58,056 nucleotides of DNA from positions 1 to 58,056 of the forward strand of contig CAMEEZ010000003.1 in NCBI GenBank assembly GCA_945915275.1, in the 5' to 3' direction. A program made the translations under genes and the position numbers. Position 1 is the first letter of the stretch; the number at the start of each line of letters is the position of its first letter. This DNA is from an uncultured Mycoplasma sp. (GTDB taxonomy: Bacteria; Bacillota_I; Bacilli_A; RF39; UBA660). This document shows, one piece after another, positions 18,731 to 27,960 of the stretch. The notes under the pieces are model-generated. The model was not told the origin of the DNA, searched no databases, and saw only the letters and a program-made list of their open reading frames with translations.

Positions 18731-19087
18731 TTAACCGATTTTTGTTTTTATTAAATCTGCTACTCTTTTAGGATCATCTAATATTAAATTTGAAATCATA
18801 TCATTTTTCTTCAATTCGTCTAAAAATATAATTTCTTCTCTTGACAATACTGTGAAGTTATTTTCATCATTAGTTATTGTTTTTATTAGATTGTCGCTTC
18901 CAATTAAATAATCAGAAGAAACACCAAAAAGAGTCATAAAATCAATCATCGTTTCAATCGAAGGAGTTCTAGTCCCCTTTTCATAACAACTTATTGAAGA
19001 TTTTGAAACGCCAACTAAATTTGCTAATTCATCTTGAGACATATTTTTTTCTTTTCTTAAAGCTTTTAATCTATCACCACGTATCAT
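18731..19087 (-). CDS. XRE-family HTH regulator
   Basis: LKALRKEKNMSQDELANLVGVSKSSISCYEKGTRTPSIETM is a classic Cro/C1 HTH. It has a ~50-aa C-terminal extension. Confidence 0.88.
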   Translation of the reverse strand: MIRGDRLKALRKEKNMSQDELANLVGVSKSSISCYEKGTRTPSIETMIDFMTLFGVSSDYLIGSDNLIKTITNDENNFTVLSREEIIFLDELKKNDMISNLILDDPKRVADLIKTKIG

Positions 19088-19185
19088 TACTTTATCACCA
19101 AGTTTAGTATAAGCAAATAAAAAATTTTTATGTTTTGATTCTACTTTTAGTAGATTTATTTTACTTTTTCGTGTATACTTAGATA

Positions 19186-19383
19186 GTGATTAATATGAAT
19201 AAACTACAAAAACTAAGAATAAAAAATAAAATAACTATAAAAGAAATGGCACAGATGCTTAATATATCTTATACTTACTACTGGCAAATAGAAAATAAAG
19301 ATAGAAAACTTTATTATAAACTAGCAGTAAAAATTGCCAAAATATTTAATTTAAAACCTGATGATATCTTTTTTGATTGGTAA
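19186..19383 (+). CDS. XRE-family HTH protein (Cro-like, short)
   Basis: LQKLRIKNKITIKEMAQMLNISYTYYWQIENKDRK. Divergent from 18731-19087. The start is GTG 19186 or ATG 19195. An extended -10 TGTATACT lies at 19172-19179. Confidence 0.75.
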   Translation: MINMNKLQKLRIKNKITIKEMAQMLNISYTYYWQIENKDRKLYYKLAVKIAKIFNLKPDDIFFDW

Positions 19384-19397
19384 AATTTAAAACAGGA

Positions 19398-19727
19398 TTA
19401 TTCCCCTGTTTTTTTACTAGTTAAGAAGGTAACTTTTTCAGCAATTACTTCAACTATATATTTAGTTTCTCCATCTTTATCATAACTTGATGTTTGAATT
19501 CTACCTTTTATACCCACAACATCCCCTTTTTTACAATATTCACAAGTACTTGAGGCAATACCATTCCATAAGATGCATCGGATAAAATCAGTATCATATA
19601 ATCCCTCCGAATTTTTATAACTTCTAGGAACTGCAACTGTTACACTAGTTCTTTTCTTGCCTTTTTCAGTTTTTAATGCTTCAGGGTCTGTTGTCAATCT
19701 ACCTACTAAAACTACTTGATTTAACAT
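19398..19727 (-). CDS. ssb: single-stranded DNA-binding protein without acidic C-terminal tail (SsbB-like)
   Basis: MLNQVVLVGRLTTDPE marks the start of an OB fold. The protein is 109 aa and ends ...LTSKKTGE, with no D-D-D-(I/L)-P-F tip. Confidence 0.8.
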   Translation of the reverse strand: MLNQVVLVGRLTTDPEALKTEKGKKRTSVTVAVPRSYKNSEGLYDTDFIRCILWNGIASSTCEYCKKGDVVGIKGRIQTSSYDKDGETKYIVEVIAEKVTFLTSKKTGE

Positions 19728-19888
19728 ATTTTTTTCTCCTTTCTAGCTCACTATATCATTTAAAAAAATTTGATGCAAAAGTACATAAATCAAATATTGA
19801 TAACAAAAATAAGCTAAATATTAGAAATATATAAATTAAAAAGTTGATTTGAACAATCAACTCTTAATATACATTAAATTTTATAAAA

Positions 19889-21178
19889 TTAACATTTTAA
19901 TAAACGATTTAATTCAACAGCATATTCCATTGGTAATTCTTTTTTAAAATCACTAATAAAGCCCATTACTAATAATTCTTTAGCTCTTTCTTCAGATAAC
20001 CCTTTAGATGTCAAATAAAACATTTCCTCTTCTTTTATTTTAGAAACACTTGCTTCATGTTCTAGAGTGGAAGAATTATTTTCTACTATATTTTTAGGAT
20101 ATGTATCACTTTTGGAAATATTATCTAACAAAAGGGTATCACACTTAACCGAAGCTACACTTCCTATTGCATTTTTTGTAATTCTTGAAGTTCCCCGATA
20201 ATTAGCTATTCCACTTTTTTCGGCTATTGATTTACTAACAATATTACTTTTAGTATTTTTCCCTAAGTGAATCATTTTAGCTCCAGCATCCAGTATTTGT
20301 CCAGTTTTAGCATATGCAATACTTATAGAGTTTCCTACAGAATTATCTCCTTTTAAAATACAAGAAGGATATTTCATTGTAACTTTACTCCCTACATTAC
20401 CATCGACCCATTCCATTTTGCCATTTTCTTCTACAATTGCTCTTTTAGTAACTAAATTATAAACATCTAGTGACCAATTTTGGATAGTTGAATATCTCAT
20501 TCGAGCATTCTTCATAACAAAAATTTCTACAACACCGGCATGTAAGGAATTTGAAGAATAACTTTTAGCAGTACACCCTTCAATATAATCAAGTTCAGCC
20601 CCTTCATCAACAATAATGATAGTTCTTTCAAATTGTCCTAGACTCTCTGTTTCAATTCTAAAATAACTTTGCAATGGTCTATCTATCTTAGTATAAGGTG
20701 GAACGTAAATAAAACTACCACCACTCCACAAAGCTCCATTTAAAGCCGTATATTTATTTTCAGAATAATCTACTAAAGAGTTAAAATATTTTTTAAATAA
20801 GTCCGGATATTTTTTTAAAGCATCATCAGTACTCAAAAATATAACTCCATCTTTATTATTATTTTTATGATAAACTACTTCACTTTCATATTGATTAGTT
20901 ACACCACTTAGATATTCTTGTTCAGCTTTAATTACACCTAAATCGCAAAACTTTTTTTCAATATTTTTATCAACTTTATTCCAATCATCAACTGATGAAG
21001 CAACATCACTTTTATAATAAAGTATTTTATCAAAATCAAGATCTATATCTGGACCAAAGTTTGGATTTTCTAATTCCAAAAACTTATGGTAAGCTTTAAG
21101 TCGAAAATCTAACATCCATTGTGGCTCATTTTTTTTGTTTGAAATTTTTTTTATAAAATCCTCATTTAATTTTTCCAT
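19889..21178 (-). CDS. sufB: Fe-S cluster assembly protein SufB
   Basis: NEPQWMLDFRLKAYHKF...DFDKILYY at the N-terminus, followed by a beta-helix core (GAKMIHLGKNTKSNIVSKSI, EHEASVSKI). Confidence 0.85.
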   Translation of the reverse strand: MEKLNEDFIKKISNKKNEPQWMLDFRLKAYHKFLELENPNFGPDIDLDFDKILYYKSDVASSVDDWNKVDKNIEKKFCDLGVIKAEQEYLSGVTNQYESEVVYHKNNNKDGVIFLSTDDALKKYPDLFKKYFNSLVDYSENKYTALNGALWSGGSFIYVPPYTKIDRPLQSYFRIETESLGQFERTIIIVDEGAELDYIEGCTAKSYSSNSLHAGVVEIFVMKNARMRYSTIQNWSLDVYNLVTKRAIVEENGKMEWVDGNVGSKVTMKYPSCILKGDNSVGNSISIAYAKTGQILDAGAKMIHLGKNTKSNIVSKSIAEKSGIANYRGTSRITKNAIGSVASVKCDTLLLDNISKSDTYPKNIVENNSSTLEHEASVSKIKEEEMFYLTSKGLSEERAKELLVMGFISDFKKELPMEYAVELNRLLKC

Positions 21179-21280
21179 ATAGAAAATCCTTTCTTAAATA
21201 TAATACAATAATATCTCATTTAAAACAATTGTATTTTATAAAATAATTTGATAATATTATTATGATAAGGAGGATAAAAA

Positions 21281-21970
21281 ATGGTTAATTCAAATGCAAA
21301 AGCCAATGAAGAATTTTTCAAACTTATGACTTTAAAATATCCTCATTTAAACACCTTGAAATTAAAAGATAATATATTATCTTTTAATGATTACAAAATT
21401 AACTTGGGAGAATTTAGATTAATTAATTTTAATAAGAATCCTCTTTCTTTTTCTTTAAGCGATTATGATTTTTTCAATTTAGTAAAAATTCATTGTGATA
21501 TAAATGAAGAACAAAATTATATTAAAAATGAGAATTATAATGAAAATATTATTTATATGAACATAGAAACAATAGTTGTAAAAAAAACAATGAACGATTC
21601 TGAAAGAAAAGAATTAAAAGGCTTTATTAAAGCCTATAAATCTTTATTAGCATATCAAGATTATCTATTAGATTTTGCCATAGTTAAACTTAACAAAATG
21701 GGAAATTTAATTTATAGTTTAATTAATAATCCTTATATAAATCAGACTGAAGGTTTAGAATTATTATATGATTTTAACAATAGTGATGGTCTTTCAAGTA
21801 GTAAAGGTCCTAAATTAGTTTTAAAAAGCCCAAATTTTCCTTCAATAACTAAGGAAGATGAAGATAATTTTTATCCTAAAACAGGAACTGGTGGATATGC
21901 AAGCATTATGCTATTAATTTACATAGTTTTAAATATTGGTTTTATATTAGCAATCTTTTTAATAAAATAA
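21281..21970 (+). CDS. hypothetical protein with C-terminal YPKTG motif plus TM segment
   Basis: 229 aa with no N-terminal signal peptide. It ends NFYPKTGTGGYASIMLLIYIVLNIGFILAIFLIK. Confidence 0.5.
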   Translation: MVNSNAKANEEFFKLMTLKYPHLNTLKLKDNILSFNDYKINLGEFRLINFNKNPLSFSLSDYDFFNLVKIHCDINEEQNYIKNENYNENIIYMNIETIVVKKTMNDSERKELKGFIKAYKSLLAYQDYLLDFAIVKLNKMGNLIYSLINNPYINQTEGLELLYDFNNSDGLSSSKGPKLVLKSPNFPSITKEDEDNFYPKTGTGGYASIMLLIYIVLNIGFILAIFLIK

Positions 21971-21986
21971 AAAAAGTTGAAACAAA

Positions 21987-24900
21987 TTAATTTTCGTTTC
22001 GAGCTTTTTTTCTAACATATTCACTATGAAAGTCATGACGAGACTTTATTGGATACATTGAAATAATATTTTTTGTATTAGGTAAAGTACAAACTTTCAA
22101 ATAATTTTCTCCATTAATTCCAATATTATTAAACTCAAAAACATATTCATCATATCCAGCATTTTTTATAAAATGATTGTCATCTAACTTTGTTTCAACT
22201 ATATTTAATAATAATGAAAAATCAACTTCAGGATTAAATATATTATCATTTATAGATTTATCAATTATATAATTATAAGCATCATTTTTATTATATTCCA
22301 AAGCATTTTCTTTTATTTTAGTTATTTTACCATAATATTTTTCAGGCAAAATAATATTTAATTTAGACGATAAAAAACTTATGATAATTGAGTCTTTTTC
22401 TTTTTCGTTGAATGCATTAGTATAATCATATAAAATCATTGCTTTTTTTAAAGCATCATAATATTTATTTTCTTTTAAATCAATAAACATTAATTGTCTT
22501 ATTTTAGATAAATTATAATTATCCGATGAATCAAAATACTTTCTAGCCGTATTAAAATCCTTCTCAATAATTGCAATCTTACCTAAATACATTTTAGAAA
22601 GATCATTAAAGTTCCTATCTTCGCCTATTAATTGAGAAAATAATATTTTAGCTTTTGCAAAATTTTCTTCTCCAAAATACGCTAAAGCATTTCTGTAAGT
22701 TGCTAATTCTTTATATTCATCACTTTTTATTTCTTGGCAAATATCATGAATTTTAGCATATTCACCTAATTCAAGACAAATACCAATCTTTTTTATTTTT
22801 GCTCTATCTGCTAAAAATGAATTCTCAATCATTGAAATATATTCTAATGCTTTATCAAAATTCTTTCTTTCAATTTCAATATCTATTAATTCACAATAGG
22901 AATATGCTTTTTCTTTGGTAGCGTTGACTTGTAAAAAATAATTAGTTGCTTCTTCTATATTTCCTAAGCCTTTTTCAGACTGACCAAGGACTAACAACAC
23001 ATTGTTTTTAAAACGTGAAGCACGATCATTATCAATATAATCTTCTTCAAAATCAAAATCATCATTTTGGATATCAAATAAAATATCTAAGCAAATTATT
23101 CTTGCTTTTTTATATTCCCCTATTGAAGAATATATTCTTGCTTTTTCTAACATTGCAAGTTTTTTTATATGTCCATTACTTTCGCCAATTAAAACATCTG
23201 CATACATTATTGCTTCATAATATTCCTTAAGTTTTCCTTTTAATTTTATAAGTTCTAAGATTACATGAAAACGACTTGAAGTATTAATAATACTTTCTAA
23301 AATATTGTTGGCCTCTTCTAATTTATTTTGTTTAATTTTTATTTTGGCTAATTCTAATTTAGCATATCCTTCTTGTCTTGTATCATTGTATTTAATTAAG
23401 TTTTCTGTTGCTTTATCATATTCTTTTTTTTCGGATAAAATTATAGATAAATTTATTTCTGCTAGATTTTTATATGAACCATTATTATCTTTAATTTGCT
23501 TAAAATAAAACTCACTTTTTTCTAAATCTCCAATTTTTAAATATATTTTAGCAATTCTAAATATAGCTTTATTATAATATCTAGAATTTTTATTATCAAT
23601 CATTTTATAATAATCAATTGCTTCATTAAAATTATCACAAAATTCTTCAATCTCAGCACATAAAATTACGCTTACTTCTTTATAGTCATTATTACTATTA
23701 ATATTTTTATGTAATAAATCTAACGCTTTTTTTAAATTTCCAGATTGGACATAATATGTTGCTTCTAAGTAATCTGCCAAAGGAGCATTATTATTAGAGA
23801 TATTTCTTATTTTATTTATTACTCCAAAAAATTTGTCATTATTAGTATTTTTATAAATCTTAGCTAAACTATTTAAAGCAAGAACACTACAATTATTTAA
23901 TTTAATTAACTCGATGTATTTATTTTCTGCTTCAATTAGATTTCCTTTTGCTCGCAAAAGTTCTGCTTCATAAAACAATGTTTTTTCTTTATCAATTTTT
24001 GATTGAGATTCTTTTAAAATGTCAATATTTTTTCTTGCTAAATCAAATTCTTTTAACTCTATGTTACATTCGATCTCTATACATAATGCTTTATAAAATG
24101 TTTTGTTTTTTAAATTTTTTATACCTTTTATATAGTTTTTCGCTTCTATAAGATTTCCTGAACTCTTTTCTAAAGAAGCAAGTGTTATTAAAGCTTCTTG
24201 TTTATCTATCTTATTTGAACTATTGTCTAATATTTCTAATAATAATTTTTTTGCCTCTTCATGATTATGTAGTTTTATTAACAATCTTGCATATTCTAAT
24301 CTTCCATAATTTCCTTTAGATGTTTTTATAACATTATCAAGCAACTTTTCCGATTTCGAAAGATCATTTAGTTCTTCATATAACTTAGCTAATTCTATAC
24401 TAGCCATAATCTTATCATGTTCACTTCCCGAAAGAGCCTTATTTAACCATTCTATAGCTTCTTTATATTTACCCAGTATACGATATGCAGAGCCAATTCC
24501 AATATATGCTATGTTTTTATCCTTATAACTTCCACTTAGCATCTTTTTATAGAGATTAATTGCCTCATCATATTTTCCTAAATTTAGATTTAATTTAGCT
24601 TCTTCTTGAATAGCTCGATTCTTTAAGTAAGTTCCTTTAACTTTATTTAAATATTCTAAAGCTTCATCATTTTTAGCTAAACTAATACATAACTTCGCAT
24701 ATTCTAAATAATCATCAGGAGAGCCAAAGTTTTCTAAACTTTTTTTATAAAACTTTTGGGCTTCTAATAACTCTCCCTTTTTCATAAGGATTTGCGCTTT
24801 CAATGAAAATGCTTTATTTTTATTAGGATATTTATCATTTAAAATTTCTTCAATTAATTTATTAGCAGAATCTAAATCGCCATTATTTATATGTATAGTA

Positions 24901-25466
24901 GCTAATCTTAATTTAACAAAATAAAGATCTTTTAATTGGATTTTTAAATCATTTGATTCTAATATTTCTTCAAAGAGCTTTTTAGCTTCATTATAATTTT
25001 CCAAGAAAAACTCTAATTCAGCATATTTTAACAATGCATTCCCTGTCTTATTAAGATTTAATGATTTTTCTAAATAATCTCTCATAGTACTAGTTAGATT
25101 ATCTATTGTTTTTGTTGTTTCATTATTCTTTTCAATTTGTCTTGTCTTTATCTGTTTTTTTAAATTTATCATTTTAGATAAAGTATATTCAGCCAATTCT
25201 AAATATGCTTCATGGGCTATATCAGTACTTAATATTTTATTGATATTTTCAATAAATTTTTCCTCATTACCTTTAAATCGATAAATTTTTGCACGATAAA
25301 GATATACTATATTCATTTTAGTATCATCTGTTACTTTTTCTAATAAATTCAAAGCTTCATCATAATTACGATAAGCTATTAAACAAGAAATATATCTTAA
25401 AAGATTTTTATCTTTTGGATTTTTTTCATACTCCTCTTTTAAATTTTCAAGTTTATTATTTCCCAT
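21987..25466 (-). CDS. giant TPR-repeat protein (1159 aa)
   Basis: There are dozens of 34-aa units with the A..Y...G.Y.EA...Y pattern (e.g. YRAKIYRFKGNEEKFIENINKIL, GSAYRILGKYKEAIEWLNKAL). The last ~130 aa are not TPR. Confidence 0.8.
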   Translation of the reverse strand: MGNNKLENLKEEYEKNPKDKNLLRYISCLIAYRNYDEALNLLEKVTDDTKMNIVYLYRAKIYRFKGNEEKFIENINKILSTDIAHEAYLELAEYTLSKMINLKKQIKTRQIEKNNETTKTIDNLTSTMRDYLEKSLNLNKTGNALLKYAELEFFLENYNEAKKLFEEILESNDLKIQLKDLYFVKLRLATIHINNGDLDSANKLIEEILNDKYPNKNKAFSLKAQILMKKGELLEAQKFYKKSLENFGSPDDYLEYAKLCISLAKNDEALEYLNKVKGTYLKNRAIQEEAKLNLNLGKYDEAINLYKKMLSGSYKDKNIAYIGIGSAYRILGKYKEAIEWLNKALSGSEHDKIMASIELAKLYEELNDLSKSEKLLDNVIKTSKGNYGRLEYARLLIKLHNHEEAKKLLLEILDNSSNKIDKQEALITLASLEKSSGNLIEAKNYIKGIKNLKNKTFYKALCIEIECNIELKEFDLARKNIDILKESQSKIDKEKTLFYEAELLRAKGNLIEAENKYIELIKLNNCSVLALNSLAKIYKNTNNDKFFGVINKIRNISNNNAPLADYLEATYYVQSGNLKKALDLLHKNINSNNDYKEVSVILCAEIEEFCDNFNEAIDYYKMIDNKNSRYYNKAIFRIAKIYLKIGDLEKSEFYFKQIKDNNGSYKNLAEINLSIILSEKKEYDKATENLIKYNDTRQEGYAKLELAKIKIKQNKLEEANNILESIINTSSRFHVILELIKLKGKLKEYYEAIMYADVLIGESNGHIKKLAMLEKARIYSSIGEYKKARIICLDILFDIQNDDFDFEEDYIDNDRASRFKNNVLLVLGQSEKGLGNIEEATNYFLQVNATKEKAYSYCELIDIEIERKNFDKALEYISMIENSFLADRAKIKKIGICLELGEYAKIHDICQEIKSDEYKELATYRNALAYFGEENFAKAKILFSQLIGEDRNFNDLSKMYLGKIAIIEKDFNTARKYFDSSDNYNLSKIRQLMFIDLKENKYYDALKKAMILYDYTNAFNEKEKDSIIISFLSSKLNIILPEKYYGKITKIKENALEYNKNDAYNYIIDKSINDNIFNPEVDFSLLLNIVETKLDDNHFIKNAGYDEYVFEFNNIGINGENYLKVCTLPNTKNIISMYPIKSRHDFHSEYVRKKARNEN

Positions 25467-25486
25467 AACCCACCTATTTTCTTTAT

Positions 25487-26464
25487 TTATTCTTTATTAA
25501 TTAAGAAAGCCAATATTTCTTCAGGGCATAGTTTACCATAAACTACATCATAAATCAAATCTAAAAAAGGATATTTTATTCTTTTACTCTTTGTTAATTG
25601 ATAAATTGACTTTAACGTGTACATACCTTCGACTGTATTATTTTTTAAATATGATGATATTTTTCTTTTGGAACTGTTTTCACCAATTAATTTTCCAAAA
25701 GAATAATTTCTACTAGATGTAGAAGTACAAGTTAATATAATATCGCCAAAACCTGCAAAAGAAAGAATTGTTTTTTCATTCCCACCAAATTTTTTGATAA
25801 GTTTTCTTACATCATTTAAGCTTTCTGTAAGAAATAAAGCTTTAGTAGACTCTGAAACTTTTAATCCATCTAAAATTCCTGCTGCCAAGGCAATAACGTT
25901 CTTCATGGTTCCACATAATTCTACACCTATAAAGTCATTAGTATTTCTTATTTTTAAATTTTTATAAGCTAATACTTTATTAACTATTTTTTTCGTATCT
26001 TTATTAGTAGCAGCTAAAGATAGACCAATGGCTTCATCATTTGCCATATCTTTAGCAAATGATGGACCTGATATTGTGCATAATTTTTTCGTTTCTAATA
26101 CTTCTCTAACTATTTTACTTGCAAAAACACAAGAATTTTGCTCTATTCCTTTGGAAGCGATAACAATGTGTTGTTCTTTTTTTATTAATGGCTTTAATTC
26201 CTCACATACACTTCTCACAAATTTTGTCGCTACAGCAATAATAATAACATTGCTCTTTTTTATAGCTAAATTTAAATCTGTTGTGTACGTAAAATTTGAA
26301 GGCATTTTAACATTTGGAAGAGCTTTTTTATTCATTTTATCTTTTATCAAAGAATTTATTTCTGCTTCTACTTTACTCCAAATGATTATATTTTTTGTTT
26401 TATTATTAATTCTTAAGGCTAGTCCTAATGCATAAGCGCCTGCCCCTAATATCGTTACTTTCAT
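25487..26464 (-). CDS. gpsA: NAD(P)H-dependent glycerol-3-phosphate dehydrogenase
   Basis: Rossmann start MKVTILGAGAYALGLA, then SKGIE, GPSFAKD, KNVIALAAG and GDIILTC motifs. Confidence 0.9.
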   Translation of the reverse strand: MKVTILGAGAYALGLALRINNKTKNIIIWSKVEAEINSLIKDKMNKKALPNVKMPSNFTYTTDLNLAIKKSNVIIIAVATKFVRSVCEELKPLIKKEQHIVIASKGIEQNSCVFASKIVREVLETKKLCTISGPSFAKDMANDEAIGLSLAATNKDTKKIVNKVLAYKNLKIRNTNDFIGVELCGTMKNVIALAAGILDGLKVSESTKALFLTESLNDVRKLIKKFGGNEKTILSFAGFGDIILTCTSTSSRNYSFGKLIGENSSKRKISSYLKNNTVEGMYTLKSIYQLTKSKRIKYPFLDLIYDVVYGKLCPEEILAFLINKE

Positions 26465-26533
26465 AGTATCACCTTTTTTATTATATCAAAAAATCTTTCT
26501 TAAAAAAATAAGAAAGATTTATTTATAAATGAG

Positions 26534-26788
26534 TTATTTAGATTCAATAATTAACTTAATTGCTGTTTTCTGTTCGCCATCAATTGTTATATCATTAAAT
26601 GCTGGTATAACTATTAAGTTATCTCCACTTGGAGCTACAAAACCTCTTGCTATTGCTATTGCTTTAATTGCCTGATTTAATGAACCTGCACCAATGGTTT
26701 GAATTTCTACACTACCATTTTCTCTAAACATGTTAGCAATCGCTCCAGCTACTTTACTTGGATTTGATTTACTAGATACTTTTAACAT
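26534..26788 (-). CDS. spoVS: stage V sporulation protein S
   Basis: MLKVSSKSNPSKVAGAIANMFRENGSVEIQTIGAGSLNQAIKAIAIARGF is near-canonical SpoVS. Confidence 0.9.
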   Translation of the reverse strand: MLKVSSKSNPSKVAGAIANMFRENGSVEIQTIGAGSLNQAIKAIAIARGFVAPSGDNLIVIPAFNDITIDGEQKTAIKLIIESK

Positions 26789-26864
26789 TTTTTCCTCCTT
26801 TAATTAGTACATTAAAATATATGTTTCAAAAAATAAAAAAATGAAAAGTATATTTTCATTTTCT

Positions 26865-27041
26865 TTAATTCCATAAATCTAATTCATCAAGAATAATACC
26901 AGAATATTGTTCTATTATTTCATCTTCACTTAAATCTTCTGTGTTATTTAATTCAGGAAGTATTATTTTTCCTGTTTGTTTTTCATCAACATCTAATTTT
27001 ACTCTAATCTCTTCACCATCTAACATTATAGTCTCGTACAT
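26865..27041 (-). CDS. small acidic hypothetical protein (58 aa)
   Basis: Hand translation: MYETIMLDGEEIRVKLDVDEKQTGKIILPELNNTEDLSEDEIIEQYSGIILDELDLWN. AAGGTAGG lies ~9 nt upstream. It is below the ORF-track cut-off. Confidence 0.4.
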   Translation of the reverse strand: MYETIMLDGEEIRVKLDVDEKQTGKIILPELNNTEDLSEDEIIEQYSGIILDELDLWN

Positions 27042-27096
27042 ATATAATTACCTACCTTATTAAAAGTATATCATATCAAAATAAAAATGGGAAATA

Positions 27097-27960
27097 CTAT
27101 TTTTCCCATCTTGCATATATTCCACAAGGTAAAATAAGTTCACTATCTTTCATTGGAAGTCCTAACTCATCACTTGATATATTGCCTTTTTTTTCTTTAT
27201 TTATCGTCAATCTTAAAATATTTTCTAAGACTGTCATTGATAAACCAGTCGTATATGAATTTATAAGAAATAGTAATGGATCTTCACTTAATAATTCTTT
27301 ACATAAATCCACAAGATTAAATAAGTCTTCTTCAATAGACCAGACCTCATTTTTACTTCCTCTTCCAAAACTTGGTGGATCCATTAAAATAATATCATAT
27401 TTGTTTCCTCTTCTTATTTCTCTTTTTACAAATTTAACACAATCATCAACTAAATAATGTATCTCACGATCAGATAAATGACTAGAAATAGCATTTTCTT
27501 TAGCCCAATCAACCATGCCCCGTGACGAATCAACATGAACAACATGAGCATTTTCTGATAAAGCAGCAATTGATGCTGCACCAGTATATGCAAATAAATT
27601 TAAAACTTTTACTTTTCTTCCCGCTTTTTTTATTTTATCTCTTATTAAGTTCCAATTATAAGCCTGTTCAGGAAATAAGCCTGTATGCTTAAAATTCATC
27701 AATTTTAAATTAAAAGTTAAATCTCTATAATGAATATTCCAATTAGATAAAGCTTTGTTTTTTATCTCCCAATTTCCTCCTCCAGACTTACTTCGATGAT
27801 AAATTGCATCTACATCTTTCCATAGTTCTGGATGATTTTTTTCTTTCCAAATTATTTGAGGATCTGGTCTAATAAGTTTTACTCCGTTCCAAATTTCTAA
27901 CTTTTCTCCATTTGCCATATCAAGAATTTGATATTCATAAAAATCATTTATTGTTTTCAT
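27097..27960 (-). CDS. class I SAM-dependent methyltransferase (RlmI/RlmK-like, no PUA domain)
   Basis: FKHTGLFPEQ, VLNLFAYTGAASIAA (motif I) and ILMDPPSFGRG (motif IV DPPxF). Confidence 0.75.
   Translation of the reverse strand: MKTINDFYEYQILDMANGEKLEIWNGVKLIRPDPQIIWKEKNHPELWKDVDAIYHRSKSGGGNWEIKNKALSNWNIHYRDLTFNLKLMNFKHTGLFPEQAYNWNLIRDKIKKAGRKVKVLNLFAYTGAASIAALSENAHVVHVDSSRGMVDWAKENAISSHLSDREIHYLVDDCVKFVKREIRRGNKYDIILMDPPSFGRGSKNEVWSIEEDLFNLVDLCKELLSEDPLLFLINSYTTGLSMTVLENILRLTINKEKKGNISSDELGLPMKDSELILPCGIYARWEK

Noticed and set aside
18731-19727. Prophage or ICE remnant (cI/Cro-like pair plus SSB)
   Set aside because: There is no integrase, recombinase, replication, packaging or structural gene, no att-like direct repeat near the adjacent tRNAs, and no compositional break. 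It is treated as a chromosomal regulatory pair instead.
14805-26788. Inferring that the organism sporulates from spoVS and a CotF-like gene
   Set aside because: Both families also occur in non-sporulating Bacillota, and no core sporulation genes (spo0A, sigE/F/G/K, spoIIIA and so on) are in the window.
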